From the NCBI RefSeq assembly GCF_963921235.1, contig NC_086097.1, positions 219,606,001-219,670,000 on the forward strand: a stretch of 64,000 nt of DNA, read 5' to 3'. This document shows positions 48,239-60,610 of the stretch, in pieces; the first letter of the stretch is position 1; the number at the start of each line of letters is the position of its first letter. A program made the translations under genes and the position numbers. Under the pieces are notes generated by a model. That model did no database searches. It had not been told where the DNA came from and saw nothing but the letters and a program-made list of their open reading frames with translations. Origin of the DNA: Mobula hypostoma (taxonomy: Eukaryota).

Positions 48239-48850
48239 AGGCACACATTCATACTGTACATAAGTTGCTTAATTGGATAGTGGGATTTTTTTAACTGCTG
48301 GTACAAAATCCTGAAAGCAGGAGTTCAGAAATAAAACACTGGGGATGCTGGAACTTGGAAGCAGAAAATTGTGCAAATACCCAGCAGGTCTGGTAACAAG
48401 AGTGGAAAGCTGCTGTTAATGAACAAAAATATAGGAGGGGAACCTTGGAGAAGCAACCGATGAGGTTAATAGTACGAAATAGGATATCCTCCTGGCATAA
48501 CAAGTGCTGGGGTGGAGAAGCCACAAGTTTATCCTGGTGTGTGACAGGAAACAAATATTTGGACATTTAGATAACTGTGTGCATAGGATATGTTGGTTTA
48601 TTATTGTCACACATACGGAGGTACAGTGAAAGCTTGTTTCCCATGCTGTCCATACAGATCATTTCACTTCAGTGAACTGAGAAAGTCAAAGGGCAAACAA
48701 CAATATGTGGAACAAAATGTTATAGGGTAAGTGCAGTGCAGGCAGACAATAAGGTGCAACGCACTTATTGAGGTAGACTGAGGTCAGGAGCCCATTCTAT
48801 CATACTAGGGGAACCATTCAGTAGTCTTACAACAAAGGGATAGAGCTGTC

Positions 48851-49415
48851 ATAGAATACAGAGCAGCACAGATCCTTCAGCCCACAACGTTGGGCTGACT
48901 TTTTTAGCATACTAAGATCAATCTAACCCTTCCCTCCAACATAGCCCCTCTATGTGCCTATCTAAGGGTTTCTTGAATGCTGCTAATGTATCTGTCTTTA
49001 CCACCACCCTGGTTGGGTGTTCCACGCACCCACCACCCTGTATAAAGAACTTACCTCTGACATCCCCCTATATTTTCCTTCAATTACCTTAAAATTATGC
49101 CTCCATGTATTAGCCATTTTTGCCCTGGAAAACATTCTCTGGCTATCCATGCTATCTATGCCTCTTATCATCTTGTATGCCTCTATTAAGTCACTTCTCA
49201 CCCTCCTTTGCTCCAAAGAAAGTCCTGGCTCGCTCAACCTATCTTCATAAGACATGCTCTCTGGTCCAAGCAGCACCCTGATAAATTTCCTCTGCATCCT
49301 CTCTAAAGCTATAACATTCCTCTTATATCGTTCCCGGTGACTAGAACGGAACACAATATTCCAAGTATGGTCTATTTCAGGTTTTATAGAGCTGCAACAT
49401 TACCTCACAGCTCTA
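48851..49415 (-). mobile_element. CR1 3' fragment
   Basis: ALERMQRKFIRVLLG...RVRSDLIEAYKMIRGID...VVGAWN. Confidence 0.9.
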
Positions 49416-49586
49416 GAGCCTGGGGTAAGTGCTTTCTGGCTTTTGTATCTTCGCACAATAGAGGGGAGAAAGAGAGATTAAGTGGGGTATTTGATTATGT
49501 TGGCAGCTTTACCGAGGCAGCGAGAAGTATAGATAGAATCCATGGAGGAGAGGCTGCTTCCCTATGGCCACAACTGTCTACAGTTA

Positions 49587-49682
49587 ACACACATCAAAGT
49601 TGCTGGTGAACGCAACAGGCCAGGCAGCATCTCTAGGAAGAGGTACAATCGACGTTTCGGGCCGAGACCCTTTGTCAGGATT
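49587..49682 (-). mobile_element. 96-bp Penelope-like hammerhead module with a 10-bp TSD
   Basis: TCTACAGTTA at 49577-49586 and 49683-49692; minus strand tcctgacaaagggtctcggcccgaaacgtcgattg. Confidence 0.9.
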
Positions 49683-51067
49683 TCTACAGTTACTTGTGGA
49701 CACACGCAGAGCAGTTGTTTACAAGCTGCGATGTATCTGAAAAGGATGCGTTGCAAGAAGTAAAAATCACTGAGGACCAAAGGCAACATGTCAGCTTTCT
49801 TTAGTCTCATGAGAAAGTAGAGATGTTGCTGATCTTCTTTGGCCATGAAACCTGCATGGTTAGACCAGGACAGGCTGCTGATGATGTTCACTCCTAGAAA
49901 CTTGAAGTTGTCAGTGCTCTTTGTCTTAGCGACGTTGGCCTAAACATGAGCATGTGCACATCCCTCCTTCCTGAAGTCAATCACCAGCTCTTTATTTGAC
50001 ATTGAGGGCAAGGTTGCTGTCATCACACCACGTCATTAGGTTCTCTATCTCCTTCCTGCATTCCCATGCCTTTATTTGAGATATACCCCACTACACTGGT
50101 GTCATCTGCAGGCTTGTAGGTGGACTTACAACAGAATCTAGTGACATAGGTCGAGAGTGTATAGGGAGTAGAGTAAGGGACTGATACTCTGGATTTCTGG
50201 GGCACCATTGTGGTGGAGGTGATGCTCCCTATCCTTACTGATTGTAGTCTGTTGATCAGGAAATCGATGATCTAGTTGCAAAGGGAGGTGTGAGTCCCAG
50301 GTCTAGGAGTTTGATGAGTTTGCTTGGACTTTTAGTGTTGAAGGTAGAGTTATAGTCAATAAACAATAGTTTGACGTAGATGTCTTTATTGTCCGGATCC
50401 TCCAGAGATGAATATTGGCTCAGGGAGATGTTGCTTGCTGTAAATCTGTTTCAGCAGTGGGTAAATGGCAGTGTATTGAGGTTGTCACATGTGTCATGAT
50501 GGTGGGTGTCAGACTCATGGGTGGTAATCATTAGGGCACGTTACCTTATTTTTTTAGGGTCCGGAATGATAGTGGTTCAAGTGTATTGGAAACAGTTGGG
50601 TTGGGTGGAGATAATCCAGTCCCCTTCTGTCCAAAGCATGTATAGTATTCATTTAGCTTATGGGTAAGGGATACACTGCTGTTGGTGATGCTGTTTGACT
50701 TCATTTTGTAGTCCGTTATAGCATGCAAGCCTTGCCACAACTGGCAGTTGGTCTGGGGCTGGATTTTGGACCGATACCCTTGGCATTGTTCTGCCCTAAT
50801 TTTATCCCAGGTTCAAAGACTGCTGGTCTATGACCTACTTCTCCTGCCTCTATTTAAATATGTCATTTACAATATCTAACCCAACCAGTCTCATCCAAAT
50901 GAAATCAATGTGAAATGTTGGGTATTGATTACACCCCATAAAAGCTGTCTGGCCTGCTGAATTCCTCCACCACCTTTTGTGTTGCTCCAGATTACAGTCT
51001 CTTATGTCTCTAACCCTAACACCTCTTGATCCTGCCACCGCTGGTCATGCATTTTAAGTGATTCTGT

Positions 51068-51362
51068 GGGGGAACGGTGGTAGTGTGGCAGTTAGTGTGA
51101 CAGTATTACAGCTCAGGGTGTCAGAATTCGGAGTCCTGTTCTGGCATCCTCTGTAAGAAAGTTTGTATGTTCTTCCTGTGAGCTCACGGGTTTTGGCCGG
51201 GTGCTCTGGTTTCTTCTGATAGTCCAAAGGTGTAACAGTTAGTAAGTCAATTGGTCATTGTAAATTGTCCTGTGGTTAGGCTAGGATTAAATAGGTGGGT
51301 AGCTGGGTAATGCAGCTCGTTGGGCTGGAAGGGCCTGTTCTGTGCTGACTCTCTAAATAAAA
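51068..51362 (+). mobile_element. V-SINE, near full length
   Basis: Head ggggaacggtggtagtgtggc; aattggtcattgtaaattgtcc; gggctggaagggcctgttctgtgctg...taaataaa. Confidence 0.85.
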
Positions 51363-52349
51363 AATAATTAAAGAATATAATCATTTTTAATTTAATTTTT
51401 TTATTTGGAGATACACTACTACACTCCTCTTCTCCCCTCCTTCCCTTCTAAGGTACAATGCCAGAGATTTCATTGTTGTGGCTTCTCGGGGGGTGGTAGG
51501 TCATTTCTCTCTCAAACCCCAATGGTATCCAAAACAGTATACTTATTATTGATTGACTGAATAAAGGTCAGTGCTGTTGGTTGGAGTTCAGATTTAGAGC
51601 AATGGCCCAGAGCAGTGCTAAGTTTGAAACCTGTCTGGTCAGTAGGAGAAGCAGAGAATTTCCGTCTCAGGGTGGCTTCTGCCTAAAACTCCAGGCACCT
51701 GCAAAAGCAGTCAAAAAGCTGTTCGCATTTTCTGACAAACTCTGAGTGAAGATGAGTTAAAATTATGGACTGAAAGTCATGACGTGGCCAAGCGGTTGCT
51801 CATTGTGCTGCCAATTTACAAGTATTTGACAAATATCCTGCACTCAAAATTAACTCTTTAGTTTCAGATTAGTTTTCATGTCCATTATCCGGTCTGATAT
51901 TCAGTTAAGTAGATCTATAAAGTTCAAACCCCAATTTCTGTTGATGTATTTTGATTCAATCAGTGCATCAAATTGATATGCTATAGGGCAACTTTGCCCT
52001 GATTTTAATCAAGATCAACATGGACAAAGTTTTCTTTCTGATCCTATTGGCTGTCATGTTATTTACACAGTGACAGGTTTCTACAGCAGTGAGGTTCTCC
52101 TAATCCTAGTGTGTCAGTGGAAATCCTTTTGAAACCACTTTCACTCTTGTGCAGATTAGATATACCACCAGTCATGTCACCCACAAGATGCACACTTAAT
52201 GGTTCCCTTGCTGAGATTTAGATGTGATAGGTCTGGGAGGGTCTACCTACAATATTCAATGAATGCAGCCTTGCAAAGTGTTGATCCATGCTTTGAACAG
52301 ACAGTTTCTGATGAGGCATTGCAGCTATGAGGACAGTGATACAACTAAC

Positions 52350-52685
52350 CACTGACTCTCAAAGTTGCCACGCAAGTTGATAAAGTTGTTAAGAAGGCAT
52401 AAGGCGTGTTGCCCTTCATTAGTCGAGGAACTGAGTTCAAGAGTCACGAGATAATGCTGCAGTTTTGTAAAACACTGGTTAAACCACACTTGGAGTACTG
52501 TGATGAGTTCTAGTCACTTCATTATAGGAAGGAGGGGGAAGCTTTAGAGAGGGCACGGAGGATGTTCCTGGACTAGAGAACGTCTAACGAGGAAAGGTTG
52601 AGGGAGTTGAGGTTGAGTGTGTGTTGCATGTCTTTGGAGAAAGGAGGATGAGAGGTGATTTGATCAAGGTGTATAAAACGATAAG
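52350..52685 (+). mobile_element. CR1 internal fragment
   Basis: acactggttaaaccacacttggagtactg; aggatgagaggtgatttgatc. Confidence 0.85.
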
Positions 52686-53436
52686 AAGCAGAAGAGGAAT
52701 TAACCACATCGGATGGAATCTTTAGTGAGCCTTTAGTACGATGGCTTGTACTGGATGAAAGTGTGGAAGTTAGGAATACTCTTGTCATCAAGACTGCCAG
52801 TCTTCTATGTTACCAGGGTTACACTGTTGCACTGCGCAGATTTCCCTAGGGCATTTTGACGTGCCTGTATGAAGTTATATAGGTGATAGTTGATGTTGAT
52901 GTTGATAGTTGATGTCATTCCTGTCTTCTTGACCCATATAATGCACCCAGGTTTCCTGTAAAATCGGAAGAAAGTGTGTGTTTTTTATATCAGCATACTT
53001 ATTCTGTGTGTGTATATAAGGTCAGAAGGAAAAGAGGGATGAGAATGGGAATAAGAGGGAGTAGTGTGCCCTTGTGGTTGGCGGTGATGAAGAGGGAAAA
53101 TTACATTTCCTGACTTTATGAGATCATTAATTTGTTTCCAGCACTGCACATAATAACTCAAGGTGATATTACCACTGCCTATGTCCTATCGCAACTGCAG
53201 CAATGTTTTCTTGCAGAGACTGTTAGGATTTTACATTATGGCTGTGGAAGTAGACGTTCCTTTTTCTCAACAGCACCTCCTGTGAGATTCCTCTGGAGTA
53301 GTGGAGGGGTGTGGATATTCTCTCATTTAACAACTATTATGAATACTTTACAACTTCTTTTAATTAATTCAGAGTTCTTTTAAGAGTTAAATTCATGTTT
53401 GTAATTTCTTCCATTCCTTATACTGGAAATTTGAAG

Positions 53437-53497
53437 AGTGTGTGTGCGTGTGTGTGCGTGTGTGCGTGTGTGCGTACGTGTGTGTGCGTGTGTGTGT
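53437..53497. repeat. Imperfect (TG/CG)n microsatellite
   Basis: Read directly from the sequence. Confidence 0.95.
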
Positions 53498-54287
53498 TGC
53501 ATGCGTTTGGGCTTTCTCAGTGCTGGAAGGCAGCCAGCAAGTGTCATTGCTTACTGGTAAGCTGGAAAGGAGCACAACAAAAATTCTGGGAACAAAATAT
53601 CACCCTAAAAAATCAGTGAGTTTCAGTGCCATTCATTAATGCAGTCATTGCAGTGAAAATGTTTACATTATTTCAAATTACTCCAAATCCTTTTACATTT
53701 TGCATCTGATGGCAAAGTACAACAGCCTACCAATGTTATCCAACATCACATCATTCATGTCTGACAGTGGAATGAATTTCTGTGAAAACTTCCTGTTAAA
53801 AGCAAGTCTGGAATCACTCCATGGATTGGGAAGTTCATGGCTTTCTGTCTGGGTTCGCAGTCTGTATGAAGTGCTTACGCAGAAGCTTCCAGACCTGCAC
53901 GTCATGGGCATGGCTTGCCCGAAGCTAATTGTTCTTGTATAGTTCACAAGCTGCAGGGGTCACAGATTCTTCAGGAGTTCTTAATGCTGCTTCAGCTTTC
54001 AGGGTGAACACAGGACTGAAGATATTTTATTTGAATGTGCGCAGTATACGGAATAAAGTAGATCAACTTGTAGCACAGTTCCAAATTGGCATGTTTGATG
54101 TTGTAGGCATCACTGAATGTTGGCTGAAAGAAGATTATAGGTGGGAGCTTAACAACAAAGGATAAACATTGTATCAAGGGACAGGCTGGAAGGCAGAGGG
54201 GATGGCAGAGCCTGTTAGTAAAAAATGATATCAAATCATTAGAAAGAAATGACATAGGGTCAGAAGGTATTGAATTGCGGATGGTTA

Positions 54288-55776
54288 CCACTATACCATT
54301 CAGCGCATACTCACCAACTGCATCTCAGTGTGGTATGGCAATTGTCCCGTATTGGACCACAAAGCACTCCAGCGTGTGGTGAAAACTGCCCAGCGGATTA
54401 TCGGCACCCAATTGCCCACCATTGAGAACATCTACCATAAACGCCTCCTGGGCAGGGCGAAAAGCATTATCAAGGATGCATCTCACCCTAACCATGGACT
54501 TTTTACTCTCCTCCCATCCAGTAGGTACTACAGGAGCCTCTGCTCCCGCACCAGCAGGCTCAGGAAGAGCTTCTTCCCTGAGGCTGTAACCCTGCTGAAC
54601 CTCACATCACACCGCTAAGCAGTATTGCACCCATATTGTACTATCTCAATACTTTTATATTTGTGTGCTGTAGCACTTGCTTTTTATTTGCAGTTATTTT
54701 GTAAATAACACTATTCTTTGCATTTCTGGTCAGATGCCAGCCATCCATGATTGTGTAGCCAAGTTTCCATCAAACTCAATATATAAGTTTGCTGATGACA
54801 CAACAATTGTAGACCATATCTCGGCTAATGATGAGTTTGAGTACAGAAAGGAAAATAAGAACCTGGTGGCATGGTGCAAAGACAATAACCTATCCCTCAA
54901 CGTCAGCAAGACAAAGGAATTGGTTACTGATTTCAGAAGGAGTAGCAGACCGCACAGCCCAATTTACATCGGTAGTGTGCAAGTGGAACAGGTCAAAAGC
55001 TTTAAGTTCCTTGGGGTTAATATCACAAATGACCTGACTTGGTCCAACCAAGCAGAGTCCACTGCCAAGAAGGCCCACCAGCGCCTTTACTTCCTAAGAA
55101 AACTAAAGAAATTTGCCCCGTCCCCTAAAACCCTCACTAATTTTTATAGATGCACTGTAGAAAACATTCTTCTAGGGTGCATCACAACCTGGTATCGAAG
55201 TTGTCCTGTCCAAGACCGGAAGAAGCTGCAGAAGATCGTGAACACGGCGCAGCACATCACACAAACCAATCTTCTGTCCTTGGACTCACTTTACATCGCA
55301 CGCTGTCGGAGCAGTGCTGCCAGGATAATCAAGGACACGACCCACCCAGCCAACGCACTTTTCATCCCTCTTCCCTCCAAGAGAAGGCTCAGGAGCTTGA
55401 AGACTCATACGGCCAGATTTGGGATCGGCTTCTTTCCAATTGTGATAAGACTGCTGAACGGATCCTGACCCGGATCTGGGCCGTAACCTCCAAATATCTG
55501 GACCTGCATCTCGGTTTTTTTTGCACTACCTTACCTTCCATTCTGATATTTTCTATTTATGATTTATAATTTAAATTTTGTTTTAATATTTACTATCAAT
55601 TTTGTAATCCAGGGAGCGGGAAGTGCAGAATCAAATATCGCTATGATGATTATACGTTTTAGGATCAATTGTTTGGCGACAATAAAGTATAAAGTATAAA
55701 GATGCTAACTGCATTTCATTGGCTTTGTATCTGTACTTGGTACAATGACAATAAAGTTGAATCTAATCTAATCTAA
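54288..55776 (+). mobile_element. Rex1/Babar 3' end (family A), tail (aatct)n
   Basis: WYGNCPVLDHKALQRVVKTAQRIIG...SFFPEAVTLLN; 3' UTR split at agatgc. Confidence 0.9.
54740..55700 (+). mobile_element. Young Rex1/Babar 3' end (family B) with about 240 open codons of RT C-terminus
   Basis: HDCVAKFPSNSIYKFADDTTIV...FFPIVIRLLNGS* with no stop up to 55468; tail (taaag/tataaag)n; agatgc on both sides. Confidence 0.93.
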
Positions 55777-56109
55777 GGAACTGCAAGGGTCAAAAGACCA
55801 GGAGACCTTTGTGTCTGGGAGTTACATACAGACCACCAAACAATAGTAAGGATATGGTCTACAAATTACAATGTGAAATAGAAAATGCAAACCAAAAGGA
55901 CAATGTTACAATAGTCAAGGGGGATTTCAATATGCAAGTAGATTAGGAAAATCAGGTTGGTGCTAGATTCCAAGAGGGGAAATTTCCCAAGAGGATGGCT
56001 TCTTAGAGCAGCTTGTGCTTCAGCCAGCTAAGGGATTAGCTGTTGTGCAATGAACTGAAATTGATTAGAGAGCTTAAGGTAAAAGAACTCTTAGGGGAAA
56101 GAGATCATA

Positions 56110-56678
56110 AGGATGTAATTTTGAGACTTTTTAAAGCACTGGTGAGGCCTCACTTGGAGTAGTGTGAGCAGTTTTCGGCCACTTATCTTAGAAAGAATGT
56201 GCTGAAACTGGAGAAGATTCAAAGGAGGTCCACAAAAATGAATCCAGGATTGAATGGCTTGTCATATGAAGAAAATTTGATGGCGCTGGGCATGTATTCA
56301 CTGGAATTCCAAAGAACGAGGGGTGACCTTATTGAAACCTATCAAATAATGAAAGGGCTTGATAGACTGGATGTGGAGCAAATGTTTCCTATGGTGGGAG
56401 AGTCTAAGACCAGAGGACACAGCCTCAGAATAGAGGGGCATCCTTTTAGAACAGAAATGAGGAAGAATTTCTTTAGGCAGAGAATGTTGAATCTATGGAA
56501 TTCTTTGCCACAGGCAGCTGTGGAGACAAAGTTTTTATGTATATTTAAGGCAGAGGTTGATGGATTCTTGATTGATCAGGGCATGAGGGGATACGGGGAG
56601 AAGGCAGGAGATTGTGGCTGAGAGGAAAATTGGATCTGCCATGATGAAATGGCAGAGCAGACTTGATGGGCCAAATAA
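56110..56678 (+). mobile_element. CR1 3' fragment nested in the older CR1
   Basis: LEFQRTRGDLIETYQIMKGLDR...FFRQRMLNLWNSLP...GMRGYGEKAG. Confidence 0.9.
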
Positions 56679-57919
56679 TATTGAATTCACCCTGAAATTT
56701 GAGGTGGTCAGATGTATCAGTTTTACAATGGAGTGAAGGGAATTAAAGAGGCAAGAGAGAGGAGTTGGCCAAAATCTACTGGAGAAGAACACTGGAAGGG
56801 ATGATGGAAGAGCAGCAATGGCTGGAATTTTTGGAAGCAATTGGGAAGGCACAGGATATATACATCCCAAAGAAGAAGAAGTATTCTAAAGGAAAGATGA
56901 CACAACCATGGCTAACAAGCGAAGTCAAAGTCAAAGCCAAAGAGAGGGCAAATAATAGCACAAAAATTAGTGGGAAGTTAGAGGATTGAGAAGGTTTTAA
57001 AAAGCAACAAATAGCAATTTAAAAAGTCATTAAGAAGGTAGATGGAATACAAAAGTAAGCTAGCCAATAAAGGAGAGGTGAGAGTGGATATCGGACCACT
57101 AGAAAACTATGCTGGAGAGGTAGTAATGGGGTGAGGGGTGGGGACAAGGAAATTGAATAAGTATTTTTACATCAGTCTTCACTGTGGAAAGCACTAGCAG
57201 TATGGTGGAAGTTCCAAGTGTTGGGGTCATGAAGTGTGTGAAGTTGCAATTACTAGGGAGAAAGTTCTTGGGAAACTGAAAGGTCTGAATGTAGATAAAT
57301 CATCTGGACCAGATGGTGTACACACCAGAGTTCTGAAAGAAGTGGTTGAAAAGATTGTGGAGACATTAGTAATGATCTTTCAAGAATCAAGACTCTGGAA
57401 TGGATCCGGAAAACTGGAAAATTGCAAATTTCACTCTTCAAGAAGGGAGAGAGGCAGAAGAAGGGAAATTGTAGGCCAACTCGACAGGAATTGGCATTCA
57501 AAAGAAAAACCTGTGCGGCATACTACTCTGTACAGGAAGGTAAGTGTCTTCATTGGATGGTTTTGCAGTTAGGAATAAGTTAGCCTTGCTTCTCAGTTGG
57601 CGTAGGAAAGCTTTAGGTTCAATTGTGTCCTTATGCTTATAAAACGCTCAAAGTGTAGCCTCATCATAATCAACAACTATCAAAGAGAGCATATAAGGTC
57701 TCATGGCAACATCCCCTCTCTAGTCAGCAGTAGCTGTTAAAGTACACGGCTATTTGAGAGAAAGACAAAAAGGATTTCTCCTTTTCACACACTATGACAG
57801 GTACCAGGACTGTTAGATTGACTACCACCTAATCTTCCTTTTTCTCTCAAAACGATATTGGCATCAGAAGCACCGCTTCAATAAAACGGACAATGAAATT
57901 TTCAAAGACCTTACAAGGA

Positions 57920-58340
57920 TTCTGATTCAGATTCATTTGTTTAGCACATGTACATTGAAACATACAGTGAAATGTGTGTCTGCGTTAACAACCAGCACAA
58001 ACTAAGGATGTGCCGGGGGCAGCCTTCAAGTGTCGCCACACATTCTGACGCCAGCATAGAATGCCCACAATGATCAGAAGAACAGCAGCAACAAATCAAC
58101 AACAGCAAAACAAGCCCCTTTCCTTCCTCCCATCCACCCTCCCACCCACTCATACACACGAACAGTCCTCCAGCCCCAGGACAGGCCGGGCCTCCTGCCT
58201 CTACTGGACTCAGGGACTTGCAGACATTGACCTCTGACCTCACCAATGGACTAGCAAACTCAGGGCTTCGGCCATTGCACCTCGACTTCTGAATGACCTT
58301 TGCTCTTCGATCTTCGGTATTGCCATTGAAAAGAGTGCTC
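57920..58340 (-). mobile_element. Non-coding retroposed repeat with a Rex1-type tail
   Basis: attctgattcagattc tail followed by tacattgaaacatacagtgaaatg, a Rex1-type 3' signature; body non-coding. Confidence 0.5.
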
Positions 58341-58603
58341 TCCGCAGAGAGCCAGTATACAGACAACCCGATGAGCTTACACTAGAATAACCACACAATG
58401 TCTACAGCAACTGGGTTGCAATAAGGTCTACCATAATTAGCTGCAGTGAAGATACTCTTAGCTTCTCTACCAGAAAGTAGCAGATTAGAAACAGCAGCAG
58501 AACCAAAGAGGGGAAAACAAATCTCTAGAGGGACCTGATGCTTGAGGTTAATGGATGATCCATGGTCTAATGAATAAACTGTAGTAATCCAACATCTCAC
58601 TGA

Positions 58604-59754
58604 CTATGTTCCCTCTAAACTCTGCGTGTGTGTGCACGCACACGTTTTTCAACCAGCGCATAAAGGAAATTAATGTGCGCACAAAAGGTTAGTTACCTAA
58701 AATAATGTAGCAATTAATAATTATACTTATTGTAAATAATCTTTTAGCTAAATGTTTCTGTTAACTAGTTGGTCGGCTAAATACTGTCACAAGAAGTTGA
58801 TAAACATCACATACAAAGTAGCTTTACAGGTTTTAAGTGATGTCTCTGATGAACTGGCTGCACGGTGCAAGATTCTGCAAAAGAGTGGCCTGACACCGAT
58901 TGATTCACTTCACTTTGCGCGAGGCAAAATTAACAAGATAAGAAAGCAGTATCTGGGAGACAATGTTTCGTGGAGTGACAAAGTTAAAATTTTGCTAAGC
59001 CAACAATGTGAAGAAAATGTCATAGTAGATACAAGTTCACTGTTGACTTTTATAAATAGTCTTTGTGTTCATTTAGAAGAAAGGTTTCCTGAAGATGAGG
59101 TTCAAAAATGGTCAGCTTTTGATTTCCCTACAATTGCAGATTGAGACTTCACATTTGGCAATGAACAAGTTAATGCCTTATGGGTAAAATATCATGATTT
59201 TCTAGCTGAAAATACTGTAATGGTTAGACAGTTTAATGATTTCAAATTTTCCGAGCAAGAAAAAATTAAATCCTAACTGATTTCATACTTTGCTCAAATG
59301 GTGGCATTTGTACTTCAAAATGAACAGTTTTGCGACCTTGCACTGTTGATGGACATTGGGGGAACCTTTCTTGCTTCTAGTGCGGACTGTGAGCGAGGTT
59401 TTAGCCTAATGAATCAACTCAGAAACGAGCTGAGAAACCGTTTAGGTGAATGTCATTTGGATATGTTAATGAGAATCAAAAGCTATCAATTGGATGGAAA
59501 TTCTATTAGTCTAGATAGAGTTTACAAAGAATGGGTAAATGCCAAAGACAGGACAGAGAAAAAATAACTGAGTGACTTTAATATGTATGTTATTTTGTTA
59601 TTATTCTGTGCAGTTTTATGTCAAATATTTTGTAAACGTACATAAACTGTGCCATGTGTGCATTCAGTGCGCACATACTTTTGTCACAGGAAAAAAATTT
59701 GCACAACATAAGATTTTTGCGCACACTGACAACTAAAAATTAGAGGGAACGCTG
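58604..59754 (+). mobile_element. hAT DNA transposon, internally deleted, 1151 bp
   Basis: 15-bp TIRs CTATGTTCCCTCTAA and TTAGAGGGAACGCTG (12/15 match); perfect 8-bp TSD CTCACTGA at 58596-58603 and 59755-59762. Confidence 0.95.
58752..59567 (+). pseudogene. hAT transposase C-terminal remnant including the dimerisation domain
   Basis: ORFs 58752 and 59298 share one frame, separated by two stops; motif FLASSADCERGFSLMNQLRNELRNRL. Confidence 0.9.
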
Positions 59755-59765
59755 CTCACTGATGA

Positions 59766-60110
59766 CATAAAACATAGAAATCTACAGCACATTACAGGCC
59801 TTTCGGCCCACAATGTTGTGCCGACAATGTAACCTAGTCCAGAAGCTGCCTAGAATTTCCCTACCACATAGCCCTCTATTTTTCTAAGCTCCGTGCACCT
59901 ATCTGAGAGGCCCTGAAAAGATCCTATTGTATCCACTTGCACCATCACCGCCAGCAGTGCACTTCACGCACCCACCGCTCTCTGTGTGAAAAATTTAGCC
60001 CTGGCATCCCCTCGGTACCTATTTCCAAGCTAAAACTGTGTCTCCTCATGTTAGCCATTTAAGCCCTGGGAAAAAGCCTCTGGCTATCCACACGATCAAT
60101 GCCCCTAACC
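59766..60110 (-). mobile_element. CR1 3' end
   Basis: acataaaacatagaaa tail; cacgcacccaccgctctctgtgtgaaaaa. Confidence 0.85.
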
Positions 60111-60199
60111 AAGTCATAACCCAGATATCCGGGGGTGTCAAGGCCAAACGTTCTGAGTCCACCTTCCTGAGAGGCAGGAATGAAGATGATTTGTCAAAG

Positions 60200-60530
60200 C
60201 TGCACCCAGGGAAGGGGAATCATAGCCCACAAAGGCATAAGTTGAAAGTGAGAGGGGAAAGACTTAACAGGGACATGGAGGCAAACCCTCCTGATAGAGA
60301 GTGATACATATGTACAGTACTGTATATGGAACAAGCTGCCAGCAGAAGTGGTTGAGGCAGGTTCAATAACAACATTTAAAAAGACAACTGGACGGGTACA
60401 CTGGATAGGAAGGATTTGGAGGAATATGGGCCAAATGCAGACATATGGAATGAGTGTAGATTGGCATCTTGATCAGCATGGACAGTGGAGCTGAGGGGCT
60501 GGTTTCCCTGCTGGATTTCTCTGGGCCTCT
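60200..60530 (+). mobile_element. CR1 3' end, degraded
   Basis: HKLKVRGERLNRD; tggaacaagctgccag; ggaatatgggccaaatgcag. Confidence 0.8.
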
Positions 60531-60610
60531 ACTCCATCAGGCAGTCAACAACTAATGGAAGGAGCACTTTGAAGGGTTCCATGACTCAGCAAGATCAAGG
60601 AATAGAAAAT

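Larger units (their letters stand above)
48590..50835 (-). mobile_element. Degraded Rex1/Babar LINE hosting a CR1 and a PLE module
   Basis: LWQGLHAITDYK; YKPADD; SLSWSNHAGFMAKEDQQHLYFLMRLKK; 3' UTR near 48590-48850. Confidence 0.8.
54010..57478 (+). mobile_element. CR1 ORF2 5' half (endonuclease and linker), host of three insertions
   Basis: LKIFYLNVRSIRNKVDQL...VVGITECWL; resumes at about 55777 and about 56680; KLKGLNVDKSSGPDGVHTRVLKEV. Confidence 0.88.

Noticed and set aside
47909..48306. Five ORFs rich in RE/SL repeats
   Set aside because: Translations of the (CT)n microsatellite
53693..53947. Overlapping 80-aa (+) and 84-aa (-) ORFs in unique DNA
   Set aside because: No recognisable homology or convincing splice sites; length is within chance expectation
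54677..55468. Longest ORF (263 aa) as a host gene
   Set aside because: It is a 5'-truncated Rex1 RT; the N-terminal residues come from the 3' UTR of the host element
60312..60323. TACAGTACTGT resembling the start of miR-101
   Set aside because: Only 11 nt, part of a short palindrome inside a CR1 remnant, with no precursor hairpin
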